Of a DNA stretch of 64,000 nucleotides, positions 29,148 through 38,002 are shown one piece after another. The stretch spans positions 8,218 to 72,217 of the forward strand of contig JAJZVC010000009.1 of NCBI GenBank assembly GCA_021845865.1, given 5' to 3'. Every line of letters starts with the position of its first letter. Within the stretch, counting starts at the first letter, position 1. The notes under the pieces are model-generated. The model made no database searches. It was given only the letters and a program-made list of their open reading frames with translations, and was not told the DNA's origin. Made by a program: the position numbers and the translations under genes. This DNA is from Pseudomonadota bacterium. Lineage in GTDB: Bacteria; Pseudomonadota; Gammaproteobacteria; Burkholderiales; UBA9220.

Positions 29148-30196
29148 CGTCCCACATTACCATCGGCGCGTATCCGGTTAGTGGCCATCACCCACCTCTG
29201 GTCGTGGCTGAAATGTCCGGCAACCACAACCAGTCGCTGGAGCGGGCCTTGGCCATTGTCGAAGCGGCAGCAAAGGCAGGTGCGCATGCTCTAAAAATCC
29301 AGACCTATACGGCGGATACCATGACCCTCAATCTGCCGGGAGAGGACTTTGCCATCGCCGACCCCGACAGTCTGTGGACAGGGAAAAACCTCTATCAACT
29401 CTACCAAGAGGCTCACACACCCTGGGAGTGGCACCAGCCCATCTTTGACCGTTGCCGGGAGCTGGACATGGTGGCATTCAGCACCCCCTTTGACGAAACC
29501 GCCGTGGACTTTCTTGAAAGCCTCAACGTACCGGCCTACAAGATCGCGTCCTTTGAGAACACCGACCTGCCGCTGATCCGCAAGGTGGCGGCTACCGGAA
29601 AGCCACTTATCATATCCACAGGCATGGCCACGGTGGCCGAATTGGACGAAACGGTGCGGGCTGCGCGGGAGGCGGGCTGTCGCGACCTGATATTGCTCAA
29701 ATGCACCAGCACCTATCCGGCGACACCGGAGAACAGCAATATCGCCACCATTCCCCATATGCGCGAACTGTTCGGCTGCGAGGTGGGCCTCTCCGACCAC
29801 ACGCCGGGTATCGGTGCGGCCGTGGCGAGCGTGGCGTTGGGGGCGTGCCTGATCGAGAAACACTTTACCCTGTGTCGGGCGGAGGGTGGCGTAGATGCGG
29901 CCTTTTCCCTCGAACCGGAAGAATTGGCGGCTCTGGTAACGGAGAGCGAACGGGCTTGGCTGGCGCTTGGCGAGGTGCGTTATGGCCCTGGCGAGGCAGA
30001 GCGCAAGTCGATGGTATTCCGCCGTTCGCTGTATGTTACCCGTGACGTGGCGGCGGGAGAGGTCTTCACGGCGGAAAACGTGCGCGCCATACGTCCGGGT
30101 TTCGGCTTGCCGCCCAAATATATCGAGGTTGTCCTTGGCAAGACTGCACGCTGTGCGGTCAAAGCAGGGACACCCCTGTCATGGGATATTTTATGA
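29144..30196 (+). CDS. pseI: Pseudaminic acid synthase, PseI
   Basis: 350-aa ORF with PLVVAEMSGNHNQSLERALAIVEAAAKAGAHALKIQTY and a C-terminal SAF-like VTRDVAAGEVFTAENVRAIRPG. Confidence 0.9.
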   Translation: MTSHITIGAYPVSGHHPPLVVAEMSGNHNQSLERALAIVEAAAKAGAHALKIQTYTADTMTLNLPGEDFAIADPDSLWTGKNLYQLYQEAHTPWEWHQPIFDRCRELDMVAFSTPFDETAVDFLESLNVPAYKIASFENTDLPLIRKVAATGKPLIISTGMATVAELDETVRAAREAGCRDLILLKCTSTYPATPENSNIATIPHMRELFGCEVGLSDHTPGIGAAVASVALGACLIEKHFTLCRAEGGVDAAFSLEPEELAALVTESERAWLALGEVRYGPGEAERKSMVFRRSLYVTRDVAAGEVFTAENVRAIRPGFGLPPKYIEVVLGKTARCAVKAGTPLSWDIL

Positions 30197-30205
30197 GGAG
30201 GCAGG

Positions 30206-31474
30206 ATGGCTGATGTCGACCAGTTGATTCAGTGGAAGACCAACGCCTGGAAGGATTCCAATATGGTGGCCTGGTACTCCGGTCGCATGGTCGAATCCAG
30301 TGGCACTAATCCACTGAAGAATGCCGTGGAAGTGGGGCTGTGCGGAAAGTACGCGACAGGACCGCGCATCCTCGACGTCGGCATCGGCACCGGGCGTGGG
30401 TCGCTGCCCCTGGCGCGCCAGGGACGGGAAGTGGTCGGCATCGACAGCTCCCAGGCCATGCTGGACGAAACCCGCCGCCTGGCGGGGGATACCCCGATCA
30501 CCTTGCAGCAGGGGGATGTGGAAAGGCTGTCCTTTCCGGAGGCGTCGTTCGATACGCTGCTGTCCCTGAACGTGGTGGTGCATTTCCCCCATTGGCGCAG
30601 GCTCCTGGCCGAATGGAAGCGGGTGGTGCGGCCCGGCGGCAGGATCGTTTTCGATGTGCATTCCCTGGACAACTACCGTTGCGCCTATGGCGAGGGCGTG
30701 ACGGAACAGGGATTGCTGCAGCAGGTGGAGCAGAGCGGCGACTTTTCCACCTACGTCCTACGCGTGGCCGCCGAGGACATGGTTGCCGAGGCGGACAGGC
30801 TCGGTCTCCGGGTGGCGGCGCTGGTCCCCTACGGGGCCTTTCTCGGCGGTGGCAACGTCAATTATCTGATGGAAGGCCTGGAACGGCAGTGGGGTTGGAA
30901 ACGGTTGTTGTCCTGGATGGCCCTGGACGAGCGCTTCCATGCTTTCGGCCTGTATCTCGAACAGGAGCTGGTGGCAAAACTGAGCACACGGGTTACCGGC
31001 CGCTACATGGTGGTGCTCGACAACGTCGCCGACCCGGAAGCCAACCGGGCCTGGCTGGCGCGCAATGCGGAAATGAATCGTCTGATGCGGTCGAGCGACT
31101 CCCTCGCGGAGCTGTTCGATTTCATTGGTTTGCGCGGCCAGGAATTTCGCGGGGCGCTCAACCATCACGTGGGCGCTAGTTTGCGCAACTTCACCTTCTT
31201 TTATGCGCTTTATCGGGAAATGATGGAGAAGGGGTGGGGGGAGTTGCCGGAGGGTATTTTGGAACAACAGCACAAGGCCCGGGTTCTTGCTTGGCGCAAA
31301 AACGAACGCGCCGACGACGAGGCGCTGCGCATGGCCCGGACATGGTATGCCCAGCCTGAAATGAAGCAGGCGACGGAGAATCGCGGTATTTCGATGGGCG
31401 AGGCGATGGAGTATTTCCTGGTGGAGCGGCTTCTTACCGACTATTTGGGCATGTTCACGGGGGAGCGCGTATGA
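30206..31474 (+). CDS. Class I SAM-dependent methyltransferase with an unassigned ~220-aa C-terminal extension
   Basis: 422-aa ORF with ILDVGIGTGRGSL, VVGIDSSQAMLD and FDTLLSLNVVVHF. I recognise no motif in the C-terminal half. Confidence 0.7.
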   Translation: MADVDQLIQWKTNAWKDSNMVAWYSGRMVESSGTNPLKNAVEVGLCGKYATGPRILDVGIGTGRGSLPLARQGREVVGIDSSQAMLDETRRLAGDTPITLQQGDVERLSFPEASFDTLLSLNVVVHFPHWRRLLAEWKRVVRPGGRIVFDVHSLDNYRCAYGEGVTEQGLLQQVEQSGDFSTYVLRVAAEDMVAEADRLGLRVAALVPYGAFLGGGNVNYLMEGLERQWGWKRLLSWMALDERFHAFGLYLEQELVAKLSTRVTGRYMVVLDNVADPEANRAWLARNAEMNRLMRSSDSLAELFDFIGLRGQEFRGALNHHVGASLRNFTFFYALYREMMEKGWGELPEGILEQQHKARVLAWRKNERADDEALRMARTWYAQPEMKQATENRGISMGEAMEYFLVERLLTDYLGMFTGERV

Positions 31475-34400
31475 GCGGTCATGCCATCGTTTCCTGCCTA
31501 TGGCAAAAGAATATCGGCGTCTTGGAGTCCTACGCCAAGCGGCACCCCGGCGTATCGATCATTATCCCGTCCACCTTCATTGGCAAGTCCGATGAGGAGA
31601 GGCTGCTGGCCGCGGGCGGCAAGGTCGTCTACCTGGAGAAGCTGTTGCCGGCTTCGGAAATGGATGCGGTCAAGAACTTGGCCAACGGTATCCTGGCGCG
31701 CACTGGGGAAATGCTGGCCAGCACGTCCTGGCGGTCTTACTGCGTCAGCCAGGGTTGGGACGGAGAGCGATTCGCGCCGATTCTGGCCGCACGCGCCAAT
31801 GCGGAGGCCCTCAGCTTCGTCGTTCTGCTGGAGGCGCTGGAACAGGCCAAGAAACAGTATGAAATCGCCCTGGCGGTGGTCAACGAAGACCTGATGCCGG
31901 TGGGCCGGGTGGTGGCGAATTGGGCGAGGAACAACGGCATCCCCAGCCTGGTGGTTTCCCACAGCCTGATCCTTTTCCGCCCCTACACCGTGCACGACAC
32001 CCTCCACGCCGACGTGATGGCGCTTTTCGGCGAGCGGGGAGCGGAGGGCTACCTCGACCTCGGCGTTGAGGCCAAAAGGTTGCGTGTTGTCGGCAACCCG
32101 GCCTGGGACAGGTATTTCGCGCTGAAAAGGGAGCGCTCGGCCATCCGGCGGGAAGTGGCGGGGCGCTTGGGCCTGGATGCGGCCCGCCCGATCGTGCTGT
32201 TCGGCACCACTTGGGCGGCCAATCTGTCGGCCTTCGGCGATGAAAGAATCTACAGCAAGACCCTGGCGGCCTTTTTCCGCGGCTGCGCCCTATTGCGGGA
32301 CCAAGGGATGGCTGTTCAGCCGGTGATCAAGGACCGCATGCAGAACGCCGCGTTCAGCCATGATTTGATTCCTTCCGTGGCGGCCGAATCCGGGTTCCGC
32401 CCAGGGGAATACGCCTATACCGCCGAGGGCGTGGAGTCCCTGATCGTGGCGGCGGACGTGGTGGTGTCGGTGGAATCCAACATGTCGGTAGAGGCCATGA
32501 TGGCGGGGGTGCCCGCCATCAACATGGTGACGGAATTCGGCATGCGCCTGGGGCCGTGCTTCGATGCGGATGCGGGCATCGTCGAAAGCGAGCCGGACGA
32601 ATTGGCGATGTGGCTGCGGCGGACGCTGACCGACGATGCCTTCCGATCGGGGCTGCTGGCCGCGATGGAGGCCAAGGCGCCCTATTACAACATGGGGGTC
32701 GACGGCAATGCGACTTTGCGCATGGTGGCGCTGATGGAAGAACTCGCTCTGCCGGTCAAGGGCAACGACAGGAAAAAATACATCTGGCAGACTCTGCTCA
32801 ACGTCAGCGAATCGGACACCAACCAATACCACAACTGGTGCCGCAGCGACCTGGTCGAGATGTTCCGCCACCCGCCCAGGCTGGTGCTGGATATCGGCTG
32901 CGGCGCCGGGGCCACGGGAGAATACATCAAGAAGCGCTATCCCGCCGCTCGGGTGGTGGGCATCGAGGTCAACGCCGGCGCGGCGAGGGTGGCGGCTACC
33001 CGCATCGACCAGGTGCTCCAGGGTAAATTCGAGGATTTCGACCTGGAGGCCGAGGGCATCCGCAAGGGGAGCATCGATACCGTCATCGTCGCCGACGTCC
33101 TGGAGCACATGTACGATCCCTGGGGGGTAATGGCCGGCATCGCGCCCTATCTCACTCCCGACGCGCAGGTGGTGGCGAGCATTCCCAACACTCGCAACCT
33201 GGTGCTGATGAGCGAATTGGCGGATGGAGGCTGGACCTACGATTCCTGGGGCCTGCTGGACATTACCCACATCCGCTTTTTCACCTTGCGCGAAATCCGA
33301 CGCTTTTTCCACGAAACCGGCTACCGCATCGCCCGCCTGCATTACAACATGGACAGCCGCCTCGGCGAGTTCTACCAGCGCAATAAGGACAAGGCCCAGG
33401 TGGACGTGGACATGGGAAAACTCACCATCAAGGGGGTGAGCCGCGACGATTTGGCGGAACTATGCACCTGGCAATTCTATGTCCTGGCCGAGCCGGGAGC
33501 CGTCGCTGACGAAGCGTTTCAGGCGGAGGAAGCCAGGCGTGCTGGCGATGAGGAAAAGAAAAGCGCCTACGAGAGGTGGCAGGAATACCGACAGTTCGAC
33601 GAGGCCACGGCGGCCATCGTCAATCAACGCATAGAACGGTGGGAAACGCTACCGCGCATTCATCTCGCCCTGTTGGCGTCGCCTGTCGATGTGGAGCGCA
33701 TCGGGGACACCCTGCGCTCCCTGGCCGTCCAAAATTACCAGAACCTGGCGGTCACGGTGGTCTCCCCTGCGGCGGCCCCCTCGGCTTGGAAGGACACGGA
33801 GAAGCTCTCTTGGCTGCGCAGCCCGGGGGACAACCTGCTTCATGGGGTGAACCAAGCCCTGCTGGCCTCGCCCGCGGACTGGGTGGGGATCGTGGATGCC
33901 GGCGACAGGCTGGCCGACGCCGCCCTCGTGTTCCTGATGGAGGGGGCGGTCGAGAACCCGGCATGGCAGTTAATATACAGCGACGAGGATGTGCTCCAGG
34001 CTGACGGCGAATACGGCCTGCCTCATTTCAAACCCGACTTCAACCTCGATATGCTGCGCAGCTTCCCCTACGTGGGGGGGCTGCTGCTGGCCCGGCAAAG
34101 GCTGTTCAGTGATTTGAGCGGGTTCCGGCCAGGCTGTCTGGGGGTCGAGGAGTACGATCTTGCATTCCGGGCCTATGAAGCGGGGGGCGAGGCGATCATG
34201 GGTCATTGTCCGGGGGTGTTGTACCACCGGCGTGCCGATGGGGGGCACTGCCGCAAGCCGGCGCTGGAACTGGTCGAAAGCGGGCGTCAGGTAGTCGCCG
34301 AGCACCTGCGGCGCCAGGGGATTGCCGCCGAAGTGGAAAAGGGGCTGTTTCCCGGCAGCTATCGGGTCCGCTACCGTCACGAGGGCGCGCCCCTCGTGTC

Positions 34401-36234
34401 CATTCTGGCCGCGGTCCGCGACCAGGTGGACAAGGTGCAGCGCCTGGTTGAAACGCTCCTGGCCAACACCCGCTATCCCAATTTCGAGCTGGTGCTGCTC
34501 AATAGTGCCAGCACCTCGGACGCGGCCCGCGCCTTCCTCGCCGGTATCCAGGCCCTCGGCGATTCGCGGTTGAGGGTGCTCGACCACCCGGTGAAGGAGC
34601 CGCTTCCTGCATTGCACAACATACTGGCTGGACAGGCACGGGGCGACTACCTGTTGTTCATGTATTTCGATAGCGCCGCCTTGCAGCCTGACTGGCTGGA
34701 CAGCCTCATGGAGCATGGCCGCCGGCCCGACGTGGGGGCGGTGGGCCCGAAGCTGCTGAATGCGGACGGCACGGTGCGGCAAACCGGCATCATCCTGGGC
34801 CTCGACGGCAGCGCCGGCACCGTCTTTTCGGGTCATCCCCTGGATTATCCCGGCTATTTCGGCCGCGCCCATATGGAACAGGATTTCTCCGCCCTCGGCG
34901 GCGGTTGCCTGCTGACGTCCAAGGCGCTGTTCGATGCCGTGGGCGGCTTCGACGGCGCGGCTTTGCCCCAACGCTTCGCCGAAGTGGATTACTGTCTCCG
35001 CTTGCGGGAAAAAGGCTACCGCCTGGTATGGACGCCCCACGTGAGCCTTCTCAACGATGGTCTTGCCGCGGCGATGAAGTGGGTCGAGTCGGAGGCGGGC
35101 GAGGACGAGGGCGAGGAGGAGGCCTTCCTACGCCGCCATCTCAAGGCGCTGGCCCTTGACCCGGCCTATAATCCCAATCTCAGCCTGGCCGGCGAAGCCA
35201 GTTTCAAAATCGAAACCCGCAAGCCCCTGGTTTGGAATCCCTTGCCCTGGCGGCCCCTTCCCCGCGTGCTGGCCCAGCCCGGAGACAGTGCCGGCTGCGG
35301 CGAATACCGTATTTTTTCCCCCATGCGCGCCTTGACCCAGGCGAAGAAAATTCAGGGGTGGGCGGATTTCCATGTTTTTTCGCCACCGGAAATGGAACGC
35401 CTGGACGTGGATGCCATCATTCTTCAACGCCAGACGCACCCGGACCAGGTGGACGCCATCGCGCGGCACAAGAAATACTCCCGCGCGTTCCGTGTTTACG
35501 AACTGGACGATTTGATCACCCACGTTCCGGTGCGGAACGCGCACAAGGACACCATGCCCAAGGATGTGGAGTTCTGGCTGCGGAAAGGGGTGGGCCTCTG
35601 CGATCGATTCGTGGTTTCCACCGTTCCGCTGGCCGAGGCCTTCAGGGGATGGAACCCGGACATACGAGTGGTGCCCAATTTCATCGAGAAGGCCCGCTGG
35701 GGTGAACTGAACCCCCAGCGCCGCCAGGGGAGGAAACCGCGAGTCGGCTGGGCGGGGGGCGTCGGACATGCCGGGGACCTGGAAATAATCACCGACGTGG
35801 TCAAGGAGTTGGCCGGGGAAGTGGAATGGGTGTTTCTCGGCATGTGTCCCGAAGGCATCCGCCAGTATGTGCAGGAGTTTTATCCCGGCGTGCCCATTCC
35901 CCTCTATCCGGCAAAATTGGCGAGCCTGAATCTGGACCTGGCTCTGGCTCCCTTGGAGCTGCATCCCTTCAACGAAGGCAAAAGCCACCTCCGTCTTCTG
36001 GAGTACGGCATTCTGGGCTATCCAGTCGTTTGCACCGACATTTACCCCTACCAGGGGGAGTATCCCGTCAAGCGGGTAAAAAATCGTCACCGTGACTGGG
36101 TGGAGGCTATTCGAGAAAGAATCAACGACTTGGATGCTTGCGCACGGGAAGGGGATGTTTTGCGCGAGCACGTGCGTTCCAGATGGATGCTGGAGGATAA
36201 TTTGGATTGGTGGATGCGGGGCTGGCTACCGTAA
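31471..36234 (+). CDS. 1587-aa multidomain enzyme: GT-B-like N-domain, class I methyltransferase, two GT2 domains, C-terminal GT-B (GT1/4-like) domain
   Basis: Uninterrupted 4764-nt ORF, ATGA-coupled to the upstream gene. Motifs include ADVVVSVESNMSVEAMMAGVPAINM, LVLDIGCGAGATG (nt 32881), PRIHLALLASP...IVDAGDRL...SDEDVL, LVSILAAVRDQ...FELVLLNSAS...GAVGPKLLNADGTVRQTG...AEVDYCLRLREKGYRLVWTPH, and RVGWAGGVGHAGDLEII...LLEYGILGYPVVCTD. Confidence 0.8.
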   Translation: MSGHAIVSCLWQKNIGVLESYAKRHPGVSIIIPSTFIGKSDEERLLAAGGKVVYLEKLLPASEMDAVKNLANGILARTGEMLASTSWRSYCVSQGWDGERFAPILAARANAEALSFVVLLEALEQAKKQYEIALAVVNEDLMPVGRVVANWARNNGIPSLVVSHSLILFRPYTVHDTLHADVMALFGERGAEGYLDLGVEAKRLRVVGNPAWDRYFALKRERSAIRREVAGRLGLDAARPIVLFGTTWAANLSAFGDERIYSKTLAAFFRGCALLRDQGMAVQPVIKDRMQNAAFSHDLIPSVAAESGFRPGEYAYTAEGVESLIVAADVVVSVESNMSVEAMMAGVPAINMVTEFGMRLGPCFDADAGIVESEPDELAMWLRRTLTDDAFRSGLLAAMEAKAPYYNMGVDGNATLRMVALMEELALPVKGNDRKKYIWQTLLNVSESDTNQYHNWCRSDLVEMFRHPPRLVLDIGCGAGATGEYIKKRYPAARVVGIEVNAGAARVAATRIDQVLQGKFEDFDLEAEGIRKGSIDTVIVADVLEHMYDPWGVMAGIAPYLTPDAQVVASIPNTRNLVLMSELADGGWTYDSWGLLDITHIRFFTLREIRRFFHETGYRIARLHYNMDSRLGEFYQRNKDKAQVDVDMGKLTIKGVSRDDLAELCTWQFYVLAEPGAVADEAFQAEEARRAGDEEKKSAYERWQEYRQFDEATAAIVNQRIERWETLPRIHLALLASPVDVERIGDTLRSLAVQNYQNLAVTVVSPAAAPSAWKDTEKLSWLRSPGDNLLHGVNQALLASPADWVGIVDAGDRLADAALVFLMEGAVENPAWQLIYSDEDVLQADGEYGLPHFKPDFNLDMLRSFPYVGGLLLARQRLFSDLSGFRPGCLGVEEYDLAFRAYEAGGEAIMGHCPGVLYHRRADGGHCRKPALELVESGRQVVAEHLRRQGIAAEVEKGLFPGSYRVRYRHEGAPLVSILAAVRDQVDKVQRLVETLLANTRYPNFELVLLNSASTSDAARAFLAGIQALGDSRLRVLDHPVKEPLPALHNILAGQARGDYLLFMYFDSAALQPDWLDSLMEHGRRPDVGAVGPKLLNADGTVRQTGIILGLDGSAGTVFSGHPLDYPGYFGRAHMEQDFSALGGGCLLTSKALFDAVGGFDGAALPQRFAEVDYCLRLREKGYRLVWTPHVSLLNDGLAAAMKWVESEAGEDEGEEEAFLRRHLKALALDPAYNPNLSLAGEASFKIETRKPLVWNPLPWRPLPRVLAQPGDSAGCGEYRIFSPMRALTQAKKIQGWADFHVFSPPEMERLDVDAIILQRQTHPDQVDAIARHKKYSRAFRVYELDDLITHVPVRNAHKDTMPKDVEFWLRKGVGLCDRFVVSTVPLAEAFRGWNPDIRVVPNFIEKARWGELNPQRRQGRKPRVGWAGGVGHAGDLEIITDVVKELAGEVEWVFLGMCPEGIRQYVQEFYPGVPIPLYPAKLASLNLDLALAPLELHPFNEGKSHLRLLEYGILGYPVVCTDIYPYQGEYPVKRVKNRHRDWVEAIRERINDLDACAREGDVLREHVRSRWMLEDNLDWWMRGWLP

Positions 36235-36243
36235 AAAATTTTC

Positions 36244-36270
36244 TAAAGTTTCCCTTGGGGCGGACGATAA
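36244..36270 (+). promoter_or_regulatory. Sigma-28 (FliA) promoter of fliC
   Basis: TAAAGTTT (36244-36251), an 11-nt spacer, then GACGATAA (36263-36270). The enterobacterial FliA consensus is TAAAGTTT-N11-GCCGATAA, so 15 of 16 positions match. It lies 89 nt upstream of the fliC ATG. Confidence 0.75.
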
Positions 36271-36285
36271 CCAAACCAAAAGGAT

Positions 36286-36316
36286 GGTTCGGCACATGAT
36301 GGATAAAGGCCGAATC
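36286..36316 (+). promoter_or_regulatory. fliC 5'-UTR hairpin presenting a GGA motif in its loop (CsrA/RsmA-type site candidate)
   Basis: GGTTCGGC (36286-36293) pairs with GCCGAATC (36309-36316) as 7 Watson-Crick pairs plus one G-U. The 15-nt loop ACATGATGGATAAAG carries GGA at 36301-36303. A second GGA lies in the Shine-Dalgarno AAGGAGAG (36346-36353). Confidence 0.3.
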
Positions 36317-36358
36317 GGGATTTTCGACGTGACTTAAACTGATCAAAGGAGAGTCATC

Positions 36359-37879
36359 ATGCCGCAGGTAATTAATACCAATATCGCGTCTCTGAATGCT
36401 CAGCGCCAGCTGAACAGCTCCCAGAGCGCTCTTTCCACCGCGCTGCAGCGCCTGTCTTCCGGTCTGCGGATTAACTCCGCCAAGGACGATGCCGCCGGCT
36501 TGGCGATTTCCGAGCGTTTCACCGCTCAAATTCGCGGCATGGATCAAGCTCAGCGCAACGCCAATGATGGCGTGTCCCTGGCGCAGACCGGCGAAGGCGC
36601 CCTGGGTCAGATGGGCGACCTGCTGCAGCGCGTGCGTGAGCTGGCAGTGCAGTCCGCCAACGCCACCAACACCGCCAGCGACCGCCAGGCCCTGAACCAG
36701 GAAGTTTCCCAGCTGGTGTCGGAACTGGACCGTTTTGCCCAGACCACCGACTTCAACGGCCTGAAGCTGCTGGACGGCTCCTTTACCTCCGCCACCTATC
36801 AGATCGGCGCCAACGCCAACCAGGTGATTACGGCCACCTCCACCAACTTCCGTACCGACAAATACGGCACCAACCAGCTGCTGTCCAATTCCTCCATTAC
36901 CCTGGCTAGTAGCGCGGGCGTTTCCGCAGCCACCACCACCACGGGCGGCGCGGCTACGCTGACCATCAACGGTTCCTCGGGTTCCGGCACGGTGTCCCTG
37001 GCCAACAGCACGGCCGACAGCGCCAAGGCCCTGGCGAATTCCATCAATACCCAGTCTCAGACTGGGGTGAAGGCTTCCGCCATGACCCAGTTTGACGTTA
37101 CCCTCACCACCAACAGCAACTACGTGGTGAACGTGCTGGGCACCAACAGCGCCGCTGAGCAGGTTTCCTTCACCGTCGGCGCGAACAACGATGCCGATGG
37201 CCTGTCCGCCGCGATCCAGGCCTTCAACGACAAATCCTCCAAGACCGGCGTGACCGCCAAGCTGAACGACGCCGGGACGGGCATCACCCTCACCGCGCTG
37301 GACGGCAGCAACGTCACCCTGGGTACCACTGCCGCCACTTCCGGCGCCATTACCGTGGCGGCTACTGCCACGACCAGCCGTGAGGCGACCACGGCAGCAA
37401 CTCAGGGTACCGCGGCTGGTGCGCTGTCTGGCGGTAACTCCGTGACCGTGATGGGTACGGTGACCCTGGACTCCGACAAGTCCTACTCCATCACTCAGAG
37501 CGCCACGGCAGCATCCGGTCTGTTCGGTACCGGCGCGGCCAATAGCCAGTCTTCGTCTTCGCTGCAGAAGGTTTCTGGGCTCGATATCACCTCCGCGGTG
37601 CTGGCGACCAAGGCCATCCGCATCGCGGACAACGCCCTGACCCTGATCAACGGTCAGCGCGCCGCCTTCGGTGCCTTGCAGAACCGCTTTAGCGCGACGA
37701 TCTCCAACCTGCAGACTTCTTCCGAGAACATGCAGGCTGCCCGTAGCCGGATCCGCGACGCCGACTTCGCGGCGGAAACCGCGAACCTGACCCGTGGTCA
37801 GATCCTGCAACAGGCCGGTACGGCGATGTTGGCCCAGGCTAACGCCTTGCCCAATAGCGTCCTGACCCTGCTGCGGTAA
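36359..37879 (+). CDS. fliC: Flagellin
   Basis: 506-aa ORF with the conserved N-terminus [54 protein letters not shown] and C-terminus [47 protein letters not shown]. The central domain is rich in Ser/Thr/Ala. Confidence 0.97.
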   Translation: MPQVINTNIASLNAQRQLNSSQSALSTALQRLSSGLRINSAKDDAAGLAISERFTAQIRGMDQAQRNANDGVSLAQTGEGALGQMGDLLQRVRELAVQSANATNTASDRQALNQEVSQLVSELDRFAQTTDFNGLKLLDGSFTSATYQIGANANQVITATSTNFRTDKYGTNQLLSNSSITLASSAGVSAATTTTGGAATLTINGSSGSGTVSLANSTADSAKALANSINTQSQTGVKASAMTQFDVTLTTNSNYVVNVLGTNSAAEQVSFTVGANNDADGLSAAIQAFNDKSSKTGVTAKLNDAGTGITLTALDGSNVTLGTTAATSGAITVAATATTSREATTAATQGTAAGALSGGNSVTVMGTVTLDSDKSYSITQSATAASGLFGTGAANSQSSSSLQKVSGLDITSAVLATKAIRIADNALTLINGQRAAFGALQNRFSATISNLQTSSENMQAARSRIRDADFAAETANLTRGQILQQAGTAMLAQANALPNSVLTLLR

Positions 37880-37908
37880 TCCGGAGTTAGGCTAGCGTAG
37901 TGCATCGG

Positions 37909-37940
37909 GGGACCATTCACGGATGGTCCCTCTTTGCTTT
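37909..37940 (+). terminator. Rho-independent terminator after fliC
   Basis: GGGACCAT (37909-37916), loop TCACGG, ATGGTCCC (37923-37930), followed by TCTTTGCTTT. Confidence 0.7.
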
Positions 37941-38002
37941 AAGCTGTTTCGAGCTTGCAAAAGCTAGATGGTTATCCCGAAGTTAGGGAAGCGAGGTGGG
38001 TT

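Noticed and set aside
32290-36171. Three long minus-strand ORFs (32290-33342, 33970-35040, 35128-36171) inside the 1587-aa gene
   Set aside because: They have no recognisable domains. The plus-strand frame contains consecutive MT, GT2, GT2 and GT-B motifs without interruption.
36296-36337. 13-codon upstream ORF (MMDKGRIGIFDVT) in the fliC leader
   Set aside because: It has no SD, and it is just the tail of a longer spurious frame (36092-36337). The AUGs lie in the loop of the predicted leader hairpin, so it is more economically explained as RNA structure.
36122-37810. 562-aa ORF on the minus strand covering almost all of fliC
   Set aside because: Its translation is low-complexity (G/A/V/R-rich) with no family motif. 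The plus strand encodes an unmistakable flagellin with promoter, SD and terminator. This is a typical antisense shadow ORF of GC-rich, Ala/Thr-rich coding DNA.
37941-38002. Separate sigma-28 or sigma-54 promoter for flaG-fliD-fliS-fliT
   Set aside because: No match to TAAA-N15-GCCGATAA or TGGCAC-N5-TTGC was found. The promoter for these genes remains unidentified.
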